From: a virus
IMG/VR virus record: IMGVR_UViG_3300016471_000988
Location: 1 to 64,000 of that record
Reading direction: 5' to 3' (one strand)
Length of the DNA: 64,000 nucleotides
Below, one piece after another: positions 37,854-47,562 of the stretch. The notes under the pieces were generated by a model. That model worked only from the letters and a program-made list of their open reading frames with translations. It did not search any database and had not been told where the DNA came from. Each line of letters starts with the position of its first letter. Within the stretch, counting starts at the first letter, position 1. Made by a program: the position numbers and the translations under genes.

Positions 37854-39439
37854 ACAACTGTTGAGGATTGCTTAGTCGATTCTGCAACATAAGGCTTTGT
37901 ACATACAAGATAATTATAATATTGATCGTTTTTAAACACGTGATCGACACGAACAACTAAGTAACTTCCCATAATTTTGTTATCGAAAGCAGATTCGTTT
38001 TGAGAATTATTTCTTTTTATTGTTATAAATTTACCGGCTTCACGGGCTGTTGATCCTCTAGCTCTAAAGGCAATAGTATTGTTATTAAAAATGCTATTTA
38101 AAATAATTTTGTTGCTACCGGAATTTAATCGTGAATTTGGATCAGTGTTAGGGTTAAAAGAATGCACAACATTTTGATTTTGTGTTCTAGTTTGATTTAA
38201 AACTATATTTGTACTAGGTGACTTACCTGCAAGCCCTTTTTGTGTCTGTACTATGTTTTTATTAAACTTTTTCATGCTTTCTTGTATGTTATTTTCTTTT
38301 GCGTCTATTGAAAATGTCTTTGTCGCTGGATCGTAGTTATGAACTATATGTGAAACGACACCAAAAGTACTTGCGTCTGCGGTCATCCCTGCATTTTCGA
38401 AGTTTTCTGCATAAGAATAATCAGGTAAATTATTAGCAAAAATTGATACTTGTGGATTGCGCTGTGGGCTAGTAGTTCCGCCAGAACCACTATTAGGACG
38501 AGCAATAATAAAATTCTCACTCATTCCAGGTCCACCTAAGTCTCCAAAACCTGCATTTCCCTTATAATATGCTCCCTGAAATAGGTCTGTTATTGGAATA
38601 AGACTCCATGCACCGTTTCTATTTTTTCTAAGTAACGCTGGTGGGCAAGAAGGATCTGATTCGCTTACATGATAATCTAGCAAATAGTATAAATCGTCTA
38701 TAGCTTTGTTGTTTGCAGGGCTACTATAAAAAAGCTTAGTTTTGCCAGTATCCCATTTACTTGAAAATTTCGGTGGCGTTAGATCATTAGATAGAGTATT
38801 GGTTAATAGCTCCTTTATTGCTGAGCCTGTATCAATACTACGTTCAGTATTTCCGATTAAACGCTTTGAAGAGCTTGAAGCTTGATTTTTTTGCTGAGAT
38901 TTCATCGTACTAAAATAAGCATTACGTTCATTTAATGTTTGAAAAGATTGCTCGTGAAACATTAGCTTTTTCAACTTTACATTTTTATCTTTATCTGACA
39001 CTATATCCTGAGTCTCATAAATCGAAAATATGTAATTTAATTCGAACTGTGTTCCGACAGAATTACTTCTCGATGTGTTAAATCCTTGATCGTCATTTAC
39101 GCCCATTGCGGGTTTAATATTTACTAATAATAAGTCACGGCCGTCACCTCTAAATCGAAATGGTGTAAAGGCTTGCTCAGGCATGCCCCTAACATCAGTA
39201 GATATACTTTGAGAGCTTTCTAGTGCATCTAAATTATTCTGAAACGTCAAGTATCCAGTCGCAAAAAATGAAGCTAATTCGTCTGTAATAGCAAAATCTA
39301 CTACACTGGCAAATTTAATTCCAGCGCTATCGCCATCGCTGTTAAGAAGTTGAACGTTAAATTCGTAGTGTGTATCTCCTATAGAAACGGAATCGCTCTT
39401 ACCGCTAAACGATAGATTTTTTAAAACCGGATTTTCCAT
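37850..39439 (-). CDS. gp27: baseplate hub protein (gp27/gpD-like)
   Basis: N-terminal FAITDELASFFATG; C-terminal RGSTAREAGKFI..GSYLVVRVDHVF..YYNYLVCTK; follows gp53. Confidence 0.65.
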   Translation of the reverse strand: MENPVLKNLSFSGKSDSVSIGDTHYEFNVQLLNSDGDSAGIKFASVVDFAITDELASFFATGYLTFQNNLDALESSQSISTDVRGMPEQAFTPFRFRGDGRDLLLVNIKPAMGVNDDQGFNTSRSNSVGTQFELNYIFSIYETQDIVSDKDKNVKLKKLMFHEQSFQTLNERNAYFSTMKSQQKNQASSSSKRLIGNTERSIDTGSAIKELLTNTLSNDLTPPKFSSKWDTGKTKLFYSSPANNKAIDDLYYLLDYHVSESDPSCPPALLRKNRNGAWSLIPITDLFQGAYYKGNAGFGDLGGPGMSENFIIARPNSGSGGTTSPQRNPQVSIFANNLPDYSYAENFENAGMTADASTFGVVSHIVHNYDPATKTFSIDAKENNIQESMKKFNKNIVQTQKGLAGKSPSTNIVLNQTRTQNQNVVHSFNPNTDPNSRLNSGSNKIILNSIFNNNTIAFRARGSTAREAGKFITIKRNNSQNESAFDNKIMGSYLVVRVDHVFKNDQYYNYLVCTKPYVAESTKQSSTVV

Positions 39440-39440
39440 G

Positions 39441-39833
39441 TTATAAAGTTAATTTAAAGTTAATTTCGTTAATAATATCTTGGACTAACTCTGGTTTAAT
39501 TATTTTTAAGGTTGTGCCTGGTGCTGGGTATTGTATAGGGTTGTCTATACCGTTAGCGAGAGCAATCAACCACCATAAGTCTATTGTTCGATATTCATTG
39601 TAACTTATAGCCGTCCAAGGCATAATTCTGTTAATGGTAATAGTATAATAGGAATCCACCGTAAGCTGGCCAGGCAAATAAACACTATTTAACAAATTAA
39701 AATACAAAAAATTAGATTGATCGTTATTTTCAGTTGTATAGACTCGAAATATATTTTCATAACTTATTTCAGGATTATCTCCCAGGACTTTAACGTCCCT
39801 TCTAAAGATTCCTAGTGCACTCAAACCTATCAT
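39441..39833 (-). CDS. gp53: baseplate wedge protein (LysM-like)
   Basis: ISYNEYRTIDLWWLIALANGIDNP..PGTTLKI. Confidence 0.85.
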   Translation of the reverse strand: MIGLSALGIFRRDVKVLGDNPEISYENIFRVYTTENNDQSNFLYFNLLNSVYLPGQLTVDSYYTITINRIMPWTAISYNEYRTIDLWWLIALANGIDNPIQYPAPGTTLKIIKPELVQDIINEINFKLTL

Positions 39834-41299
39834 TGATCAATTCCTGTTTTTGGTAAAAATCTACTTAGCTGACCGCCTAGGAACTGCGCACCAGACTGTC
39901 TTGACGTTTCACCGCTATTTAGTTGCGTATTCAAATTGACTTGATTCCAAGATCTAGACATCTCACGGGCTGCAATATCTAAGAAGTTATTGTTATCAGT
40001 GACCGTGACTACGTTTTGTCTATCTCGCAAGGTCGAATATAGGAAATTTTGAGTCTCCGAAACAAGTGTTCGTAACGTTATATTTACCATGTATGCATCA
40101 GGTATAATTGTATTAATTGTCGTTATTCCTCCACCTAGCGGTACCGGTATATTCATTCTTCTACGTGCTCCAACAAAATTTATTCGCATTTCTTGAATAT
40201 AACAGAAGGGATAGTATCTTAGACCTGGTATTGTAACTTCATATATACATGCCGGGTCAATTAAATCTCTACTACGCCTGTTGGGTCTATTTTGATATGT
40301 AAGTAAGAATAATAATTGCCAGTTTCTAGAAACATCATTAAAATTTGACCACCCGGTATTAATTAAAGGAAAACTAAAGGAAACCAATTCACCTTCTGCG
40401 GCAAAATTATAGAATTTAGGCTTTTCTATGTAAATACCAGGCGCGTCAAAGTTTGCCATTCCGGAAATAAAACCAGCAACACCGCGAGCTCCTTGCGCTA
40501 AGGCATTTAAATTTAGCGGATCTATATTAGTAAAAACCTCGTCCTGATCGCCAAACATATTTGATATCATATTTTGTGTATCGCTGAAATACGGAAAATT
40601 ATATAGAAATTTTGTATCTTCAGTAATATACAATCCTTCATATGGGCTCAAGATACTGCTTCCCAAACTATCAATATTAAATTGCTGAGGTAATGACTTA
40701 CCGAGGTTACCAGCGTTATTAATAAACCAATTTATACCAGCTGCAGGCGTATCTACTCCTAAATTATATCCTAGTGCGGCACCCGCTAAAGTTGCACCTG
40801 TTGCAATACTTCCACCAGCAGCCGCACCAATTGCAGAGAACGCTGCAGCTGCTTGTGGGTTTTGTGAAAATAATCCTCCCAGCGTTCCAACTAAGTTGGC
40901 TGTACCAGAACTGACTAATTGTCCTGCTTTAAACGCGCCCAACCCAACGAGTGCACCTAAAGCAGCTCTTTGAAATTCTTGGGGCAAGCCGCGCAGGCCT
41001 GCAGCAGAGCCAGCGGCAATATTTCCAATTGCTAAACTATAATATATACCTTGAGCTATCATTGCATTGGTTTTTAATCGCTTCTCTTTCAAAAATATTG
41101 CCGGTACCTCTTGTCGACCTGTTTTTGGTGTTGTTGTCCATTCAAATTCATTAATAACATCAACCATTTGATAACCTGGACTATCTTGTGAAAGATAATT
41201 TGCCCCGTTACCGGCAATAGGACCTACTGGTACAACGCGGGGTGCACCTTGAAGCTGTGGAAAAGGTTCTGAAAAATTTCTAAATGTATATAAGTTCAT
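39830..41299 (-). CDS. gp48: baseplate tail-tube cap-like protein
   Basis: Tube-fold elements (SFSFPL, CIYEVTIPG..CYIQEMRINFVG, VNITLRTL) with a Gly/Ala-rich insert; position before gp53. Confidence 0.55.
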   Translation of the reverse strand: MNLYTFRNFSEPFPQLQGAPRVVPVGPIAGNGANYLSQDSPGYQMVDVINEFEWTTTPKTGRQEVPAIFLKEKRLKTNAMIAQGIYYSLAIGNIAAGSAAGLRGLPQEFQRAALGALVGLGAFKAGQLVSSGTANLVGTLGGLFSQNPQAAAAFSAIGAAAGGSIATGATLAGAALGYNLGVDTPAAGINWFINNAGNLGKSLPQQFNIDSLGSSILSPYEGLYITEDTKFLYNFPYFSDTQNMISNMFGDQDEVFTNIDPLNLNALAQGARGVAGFISGMANFDAPGIYIEKPKFYNFAAEGELVSFSFPLINTGWSNFNDVSRNWQLLFLLTYQNRPNRRSRDLIDPACIYEVTIPGLRYYPFCYIQEMRINFVGARRRMNIPVPLGGGITTINTIIPDAYMVNITLRTLVSETQNFLYSTLRDRQNVVTVTDNNNFLDIAAREMSRSWNQVNLNTQLNSGETSRQSGAQFLGGQLSRFLPKTGIDQ

Positions 41300-42654
41300 G
41301 TTATACTGTTATTTCCTGGAAAAATCGTATTACGCACATAGCCTTTTGTAGTAAGGCCCAGGCGTTCACGATAATTGCCTATCATATTGGTGTTGTCTAG
41401 TGTCGTTGTTTTACCTCCAGGTTTATTTAATGACTCTGTTGAACCTTCTGATTTTAATGCTGGAAGCATTTTTAAAATTTCGCTAGCAGTATCTGCGAGT
41501 TGACCTATAGATGCAGTTAATTTTTCATTATACTGCTTTATTGACAAAGCTAAGCTATCAATACTCTTACTTATATTAATAAGATTTTCATCAGAAGAAG
41601 TTAAAGGAGAGGCTGTAGGTTTGGCTTCTGTTTCTGCAATCATCTTGGGAATTTCTGTTTGTATAGGAGGTTGCTCTGTTGCAGTAAAAGGCTGTTCTGT
41701 GTTTTCTGGCTCAATCGGTGCTTCTGTTATAGTTGGCTCTTGAATACCAAGGTTGGGTTCTATTGTCCTTGGTGGGGGTATTTGAGGAGCAGGCGGTACA
41801 ATTACTGAAGTTGGCGGTTGCTGCGACACTGGTGGTATTGTAGGAGCCTCTAGCTTTGGTGTAGAGATTTCCGGTATTTTTATTTCAGGTACATTAACAT
41901 TAATCTCAGGTATTTCAGTTACAGACTCGACATTAGAAATATCTGGTACAGTGGTTGGTGGCGGTTCAATTTTTGGTTGCGATGTCTCGAACATCGGAAT
42001 TTGAAGGTCAGGTAAAGGTTGTTCGGGTGTGGGTAACGGTGTAGGTTCTATCTGCGCAACAGGTTCAATAGCAGGTGGCAAGGGCAATGGCGCTGGTAAT
42101 GGTGTTATGGCGTCTGCAGCTAGGGGCTCTGGCATAACTTCTGGAATTGGATTTACAGGAGCCGCTTCAATTGTGTTGTTAGTTACAAAATTATTATTAC
42201 TAGTAACATTAGCATCTGGGGTTGGAAGCTCTGGCATTAAAGCGTTAGAGATTTCTTTTTCGATTATTCTCTCAACAACTTGAGGCTGTGGGTTGTTGGT
42301 TAACGCTTCTTCAGGTTGCTGTTGCGGAGGTAGTATAGGTGCTGGTGAAACCATAGCTGCTGGCTCTTCAGGCTGTGGTGGCAATTGTGGTAATTCTTCG
42401 TACAAAGGCTCTTCCGGCGCAACATTTATAGGTTTAATAGTTGCTGTTACGGGAGATTCTTTTGGTGCTTCAGGGGTGGGCTTTTGTTCTGGCGGAGGTG
42501 GTCTTGGTAGTGATTTTGCTTGTTGCTTTTGTGCTTCTAAAAATCTAGATAGCTTAAGATTAAGTGATTTAGCCTCTTTACCGACGCCCTTCATTCGTTC
42601 GCTAAGCTGTGACATTACGTCCAAATCAGATTCTTGCGGTTTTTCTTCAGCCAT
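41296..42654 (-). CDS. proline-rich protein in tape-measure/gp29 position
   Basis: 452 aa; Pro/Glu-rich centre with coiled-coil-like ends; own late promoter. Confidence 0.5.
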   Translation of the reverse strand: MAEEKPQESDLDVMSQLSERMKGVGKEAKSLNLKLSRFLEAQKQQAKSLPRPPPPEQKPTPEAPKESPVTATIKPINVAPEEPLYEELPQLPPQPEEPAAMVSPAPILPPQQQPEEALTNNPQPQVVERIIEKEISNALMPELPTPDANVTSNNNFVTNNTIEAAPVNPIPEVMPEPLAADAITPLPAPLPLPPAIEPVAQIEPTPLPTPEQPLPDLQIPMFETSQPKIEPPPTTVPDISNVESVTEIPEINVNVPEIKIPEISTPKLEAPTIPPVSQQPPTSVIVPPAPQIPPPRTIEPNLGIQEPTITEAPIEPENTEQPFTATEQPPIQTEIPKMIAETEAKPTASPLTSSDENLINISKSIDSLALSIKQYNEKLTASIGQLADTASEILKMLPALKSEGSTESLNKPGGKTTTLDNTNMIGNYRERLGLTTKGYVRNTIFPGNNSIT

Positions 42655-42660
42655 ACGTAT

Positions 42661-42668
42661 TATTTATA
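42661..42668 (-). promoter_or_regulatory. late promoter TATAAATA
   Basis: 6 nt before ATG 42654. Confidence 0.75.
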
Positions 42669-42679
42669 ATCAGACATTA

Positions 42680-43489
42680 TTACCGATTATCTGCGTTTTT
42701 CTTAGCTTTTTTCTCAGCGTCCTCAGCAACATATTGATTGACAAAAATATCGCATTCCGCTGGAGTGAGTTGGCTTATACTTTTATAATCTAGACCAATA
42801 TGTTTTAATAATTTGTATCTTTTTGAATATTGCCCCTTACAAAATGGTAAATATATAGATCTTGTGTAAAAAAATAATGTATTATCAAAAAGCTTTAATG
42901 TTACACTTGATACATTAACTAGTGTGTTATCGTTTTTTATTAAATAAAAAGTATCAAGCTTTGTATCTTGGGTCTTTAAAAAGGTGTTAATTAATTCATA
43001 CAAGCTTATATTTTCAGTAAGTAAATTAGACGAAGGTAGCTGTACATTATCAACAGTCTCGAGTGCTTCAAACCCAGGAATAACAGTATAAAGCCTACTA
43101 GGTACTTTAAACTTAAATACTAAATCTTGAACGTTCAAAGGGTCAAAAACAGGTTCAACTTCAGATAGTTTGGTTAGTGTATCAAACAAATCTAACTCAA
43201 CATTACATGGTGCACCGCTAACAGTGGTTGTCTGTATATAGACAATAGGCGAAATATTTGCTGCTCTCAAAAAACAAAGAATAAACCACTTATCAAATTT
43301 GTTTAGTTGAGAAAACATTTCTTTATCTTGCAAGTTTTCCTCTATAATTTTTTCAAACGCTTCTCCGGTGCCCTCGTGATCTTCATTTAAAATAAACTTC
43401 GACAGTACGTCAAGCTGCGCCATTTTTAATTCGGAAATCTTTACATATTTTTTAAGACTCGGCACCCAACATTTTAGGTAAAATTCCAT
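42680..43489 (-). CDS. baseplate hub assembly chaperone, gp26-like with gp51-like C-terminus
   Basis: FDKWFILCFLRAANIS (gp26-like); RYKLLKHIGLDYKSISQLTPAECDIFVNQY (gp51-like). Confidence 0.6.
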   Translation of the reverse strand: MEFYLKCWVPSLKKYVKISELKMAQLDVLSKFILNEDHEGTGEAFEKIIEENLQDKEMFSQLNKFDKWFILCFLRAANISPIVYIQTTTVSGAPCNVELDLFDTLTKLSEVEPVFDPLNVQDLVFKFKVPSRLYTVIPGFEALETVDNVQLPSSNLLTENISLYELINTFLKTQDTKLDTFYLIKNDNTLVNVSSVTLKLFDNTLFFYTRSIYLPFCKGQYSKRYKLLKHIGLDYKSISQLTPAECDIFVNQYVAEDAEKKAKKNADNR

Positions 43490-43507
43490 ACATTATATAC
43501 AAACAGT

Positions 43508-44446
43508 TTAGAAGAAACCAGCCACGTTTTGAGGAGCATTAGAGCTTTGTTGAAGAGGGGATACTACGGGTGTATATTTGCCATTAACTGCGTTGCTAAC
43601 GGTTTGAATAATATCAGCAAGCGGGAAATACATACTATTTTGCACTGTATAATTAGTATAGGTAAAGTTTACAACTGATTCAACCGCTTGCGTAGGTTCA
43701 TTACCGTAGTCTAAATTAAAATTTTGAATATTTGTCGGAACAGCATTGTAAAAAGTAAAAACTTTTCGCGGAATTTGACTTACATTTTGATAGCTTCTTG
43801 TATAGCATAATATAGTAATATTTGATTTCACGTTAAAGTAATCTTTGCTGCCTGGTCGATCACCTGGACGAGCAACGTAACCGTAATGGCTTGCTAGCAT
43901 TACCCAAGGTCTAAAAACAAAATCAACTATACTCGTGTTAGTTTCTAGGAAGCCAAGCTGTAATTGATTTGCTGAGTATCCTTTTCTGTTACCGGAAATA
44001 ATACCCGGTATAAAACCTCTATTATTTTCTATACCCACATCAGACGCTTCATATTGTTCGCCCGGTATTTGAGCACCTTGCGCGAACACACAGCCAATAA
44101 CTTTTTGAAAAGGATAACTGGTTAAAAGCGTTTTTGCTTGACTAATATCAAATCCTTTTTTAGCTCCATCAGTTCTCTCTAACCCTTGTATTATATCAGA
44201 CCGTAGTGCATAGGGAAAACTATCAATTACAGCGATCCATTGTGTTTGAAGCGGTATTGAAGTAAGCCAGCTTTGAAGTTGTAGTAGAAAATAATCACGA
44301 GTGCTGATTAATGGTACGCCTGGAATATTAAACCCCAGTAAACTAGTAATTTGCGGTTGACTTAAAGGATTGGTGCCTCTACCTATCCCAACTACATTAT
44401 TAGTTAGCCCCTGAAAAGCTTCGGATAACGGGTTTGCTAGTGACAT
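43508..44446 (-). CDS. gp54: tail tube initiator-like (gp54/gp19 fold)
   Basis: FAQGAQIPG, FLETN..DFVFRPW, FTFYNAVPT, VNFTYTNY; follows gp19. Confidence 0.6.
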   Translation of the reverse strand: MSLANPLSEAFQGLTNNVVGIGRGTNPLSQPQITSLLGFNIPGVPLISTRDYFLLQLQSWLTSIPLQTQWIAVIDSFPYALRSDIIQGLERTDGAKKGFDISQAKTLLTSYPFQKVIGCVFAQGAQIPGEQYEASDVGIENNRGFIPGIISGNRKGYSANQLQLGFLETNTSIVDFVFRPWVMLASHYGYVARPGDRPGSKDYFNVKSNITILCYTRSYQNVSQIPRKVFTFYNAVPTNIQNFNLDYGNEPTQAVESVVNFTYTNYTVQNSMYFPLADIIQTVSNAVNGKYTPVVSPLQQSSNAPQNVAGFF

Positions 44447-44451
44447 CTAGA

Positions 44452-44459
44452 TATTTATT
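44452..44459 (-). promoter_or_regulatory. late promoter AATAAATA
   Basis: 5 nt before ATG 44446. Confidence 0.75.
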
Positions 44460-44477
44460 ACTAGATTATAATTCGTA

Positions 44478-45029
44478 TTAACTAATTTGTTTGCGTGTAA
44501 AATAATGATATGCTAAAGTTACTGGAAAACTAACAATATCTCCAGTACCAGCACCGATTTTGTAATCAATGGCACCTACATTGCGTATGCTTACACCTAC
44601 TAACTGATACTGTGCGACTCTATTCATCTGTGTGTCAAGCTGTACCAAGTCAATAGTACTGGCTTGTGTTGGTGTGAAATAGTTACCTGTGCTGTTGGCG
44701 TCGTTAAAAGTATCTCTTGACCAATCTTCAAATTTTTGACGAAGATTGTTTTTTGCGTCGTTATAAAACTCTAATTGATATTGTTCACTGTTAGGGTAAT
44801 TGACTAGACCAGGAATATTAAAATTCAACCCCATATACTTTGCATTAACATTGGTAATTGCTCTCGCGGGTAAAGAGGCCGCTCTAGCATATACTAAATC
44901 ATTTTCATCAAATGTTACGCTTGTACCGCCAGGTGTGATGCTTAATACGCGAAATTGAATATCGCGTTGAAAATCCCGCGCAGCAGCTACTCTATAAAAA
45001 TCGGAAATTAATTGTTTTACGTCGGCCAT
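44478..45029 (-). CDS. gp19: tail tube protein
   Basis: YARAASLPAR, YMG..IPG, FYND..LRQKFEDW, QLD, FPVTLAYHYF. Confidence 0.9.
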   Translation of the reverse strand: MADVKQLISDFYRVAAARDFQRDIQFRVLSITPGGTSVTFDENDLVYARAASLPARAITNVNAKYMGLNFNIPGLVNYPNSEQYQLEFYNDAKNNLRQKFEDWSRDTFNDANSTGNYFTPTQASTIDLVQLDTQMNRVAQYQLVGVSIRNVGAIDYKIGAGTGDIVSFPVTLAYHYFTRKQIS

Positions 45030-45036
45030 GGTAAGT

Positions 45037-45044
45037 TATTTATT
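45037..45044 (-). promoter_or_regulatory. late promoter AATAAATA
   Basis: 7 nt before gp19 ATG. Confidence 0.75.
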
Positions 45045-45056
45045 CTCCAATTTTTT

Positions 45057-47471
45057 TTACGCTACTATCTCCTGGAAGTTTTGGCTAGTACGTGTAGCGT
45101 AGAAGCTTACCAATATAAACTCCGCCGCGCGTACTGGCTTTAGATAGATATCGACCTTCAATTCATTATTATCTATAACTTCAGGTGTGTTGTTACGCTC
45201 GTCACATATGATCAAATAGTCATATACACCCTCAGTATTCTTAGCATTTTCAAATATTGGGGTAAGAACATTTGTGACTTGAGTACGAGTAAACAGGGTA
45301 TTAGGTTCGAAGATAAAGAACTTAACTGTATCTCTGGTTGCAATCTCGAGATTTAAGAACAATCTACGTACATTAATACGGTCAAACGCACTAGGCTTTT
45401 TCAAGAGCGTCTTCTGACCGAATATTACAAACCCTTCTACAGGGAAGAAAGCTACAGGGTTTAAGCTAATCTTATACAATTGATCGCGCTGTTTTTGTTT
45501 GGGATATAATCCTAAGTCATTAACACCGGTTAGTACGCCGCGGGTAAATCCGGCCGGGGCAAACCAAGGCTGGAAGTTAGCATCTGTATTACCCATAGCT
45601 GCTGCAGCAAATCCAGAGAATGGTACCCAAGTTTGACGGTTCGTTACTGTGTCAAGTACTTGAGCACAATTTGCATAAGTACAGGCATAGCTTGTATTAA
45701 GTAAGCTAAATTGATGGCGTAATGGCCAGTATATGTGTTGACTGAAGTTAGTTGCTACGTAGCCAGGAGCATAAGGGTCACTACCAACTCCAGCGTTAGG
45801 GCTCCATAGCTTTTTAGTATTAATAACTTTGCTATTCTCTCCTTGAATAAAGATATTTCTAATTGGATCTAGAATAGCTAAGAAGTCCTTGCGCTGATTT
45901 TGAGCTTGATTTACAAATATGCTTGCAATAGCATTGTAATTTGAACGTATTCTAAGCCCATCATCATTGAGTAGTTCAGTATTTGTAGTAAAGAGAGCAC
46001 TAAGCGTATTTACAGGAGTCGATTCAATAAATGGACCGCATGCAGAAACTGCTTTACCAGTAGCGTATGCCTCTTCTGCAGCATTTACAAATATCGTACC
46101 AAGACCAGCTTCACAAGCAAGATTAATTGGATAGATATCAGGATTTTCAACCAATTCAAACGCTCTTTCAAGCTTTGCAGGTAGATCGCCAACGTTTTTA
46201 TTAGATGTTACTGTGTTAGTATATATACCAATCGGATAAAGATTGCTTGTTGCACCTAGCTGACCAACCATATTACCAACGAAGGCTGAAGCCGCGCCTA
46301 CCCGTGTCACATAAGATGTGTGAGTATCAACAAAGCCTGGGGCATTAAACGGCCTGGCTAGGTTGTTCGAAAGCATTCTAACCTTCTTGGTTGGTAGACC
46401 ATCATTTCCAAGCCAAGTATCAGCATATTGATTGCTGATCCAAGGATTGACTATTACTCTAATGTTAGGCGATGTTGAACCGACTTGACCACCTAAAAAG
46501 AATCCAACTGCAGGACCGCCTTGTTGAGAAGCAATTTGCCTATGATAGTCAAGTGAACCGGCATAGCTTTCTGATAAGGTATAATCCAGCGCAATAACAT
46601 CTGGTGAAAATACACTTTGACGGATTTTAAATAATCCTAGCGAAAGTGTATCACTAAAGGAAGCATTACCAAGATCATAATTACTAACATTCTCCATGAC
46701 CTCACTAACACTATTACCATCACCGAACTTAGTTGCACTTAAAGTAAAGTTTAATCTAGTTTCAGGTACAGCGATGTAATTATTAATTGATGTTTGATCG
46801 CTTCCAATAGCTTTTAGCCCGAGAATACCATCAAAATTTGTTGCAGGGTTGTTATTATTATTGTCTGTTAAGCCAATATACTGCCCCTCAAACTTATTAT
46901 TAACCGTTGTTTGTGCGCGGTTTAAAATAATTACACCAGCCTGGCCGAGGGTATTGTAAGCAAATGTAGAGCCGGAATTACCACCGGTGAGAGAAGGATT
47001 ATTGGACCAGTCTAGATTATTATTAAGTAATTCTTGATACTGCTCTAGATCTAATTCTAAGTGTGTTGGATTGCCTAGCAAATAGGTGTTTGCCGCAGAT
47101 AGAGAATACGAAGGTGTCGAATTTAATCCAGATGTGGTTACACCCACAACAGGATAAACTAAGGCACTATATCTCCAGGCAGCAAACCCCTCACCTCTTG
47201 CTTCGCCATAAGGTAGACGGGTTACTTTGAGTTGAATAGGGGCCTGAAGAGCTGCTTTAACTGTATGGTAAAAATATCTTTCTGCAGCATTTGTTGGCTG
47301 CCCGTAAACTTGTTCAAAGTCGCTAATGCTGGTAGGCTGTAAAATTTCATCTACAGGTCCTTGATTTGCAAAGCCTGCTATAAATATACTAGTTCCTTGG
47401 TTGACTACAGGTCTTAATGCAAGATCTACTTCTCTTATCTCAACTCCGGGACTTTGAATAGTTCTTGCCAT
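45057..47471 (-). CDS. gp18: tail sheath protein
   Basis: SPGVEIREVDL, WFAPAGFTRG, RDQLYKISLNPV, FGQKTL..SAFDRINVRRLF, IYLKPVRAAEFI. Start at ATG 47471 (SD AGGAGGTG 9 nt upstream). Confidence 0.98.
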   Translation of the reverse strand: MARTIQSPGVEIREVDLALRPVVNQGTSIFIAGFANQGPVDEILQPTSISDFEQVYGQPTNAAERYFYHTVKAALQAPIQLKVTRLPYGEARGEGFAAWRYSALVYPVVGVTTSGLNSTPSYSLSAANTYLLGNPTHLELDLEQYQELLNNNLDWSNNPSLTGGNSGSTFAYNTLGQAGVIILNRAQTTVNNKFEGQYIGLTDNNNNNPATNFDGILGLKAIGSDQTSINNYIAVPETRLNFTLSATKFGDGNSVSEVMENVSNYDLGNASFSDTLSLGLFKIRQSVFSPDVIALDYTLSESYAGSLDYHRQIASQQGGPAVGFFLGGQVGSTSPNIRVIVNPWISNQYADTWLGNDGLPTKKVRMLSNNLARPFNAPGFVDTHTSYVTRVGAASAFVGNMVGQLGATSNLYPIGIYTNTVTSNKNVGDLPAKLERAFELVENPDIYPINLACEAGLGTIFVNAAEEAYATGKAVSACGPFIESTPVNTLSALFTTNTELLNDDGLRIRSNYNAIASIFVNQAQNQRKDFLAILDPIRNIFIQGENSKVINTKKLWSPNAGVGSDPYAPGYVATNFSQHIYWPLRHQFSLLNTSYACTYANCAQVLDTVTNRQTWVPFSGFAAAAMGNTDANFQPWFAPAGFTRGVLTGVNDLGLYPKQKQRDQLYKISLNPVAFFPVEGFVIFGQKTLLKKPSAFDRINVRRLFLNLEIATRDTVKFFIFEPNTLFTRTQVTNVLTPIFENAKNTEGVYDYLIICDERNNTPEVIDNNELKVDIYLKPVRAAEFILVSFYATRTSQNFQEIVA

Positions 47472-47480
47472 ATTAGTTAA

Positions 47481-47524
47481 CACCTCCTACGGGAAAAAAT
47501 TGACTCATATCGTTTATATTTATA
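47481..47524 (-). promoter_or_regulatory. late promoter TATAAATA (47517-47524) plus strong SD AGGAGGTG (47481-47488)
   Basis: Promoter is 45 nt from the gp18 start, giving a leadered transcript. Confidence 0.75.
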
Positions 47525-47562
47525 TCTTTACCGACTGACTTTTGCTAAAATTTTTTTCTTTT

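Noticed and set aside
42029-42793. Gly/Cys-rich + strand ORFs (84 and 166 aa)
   Set aside because: Mirror of the Pro-rich sense protein (CCN codons read as GG-rich antisense); no start signal.
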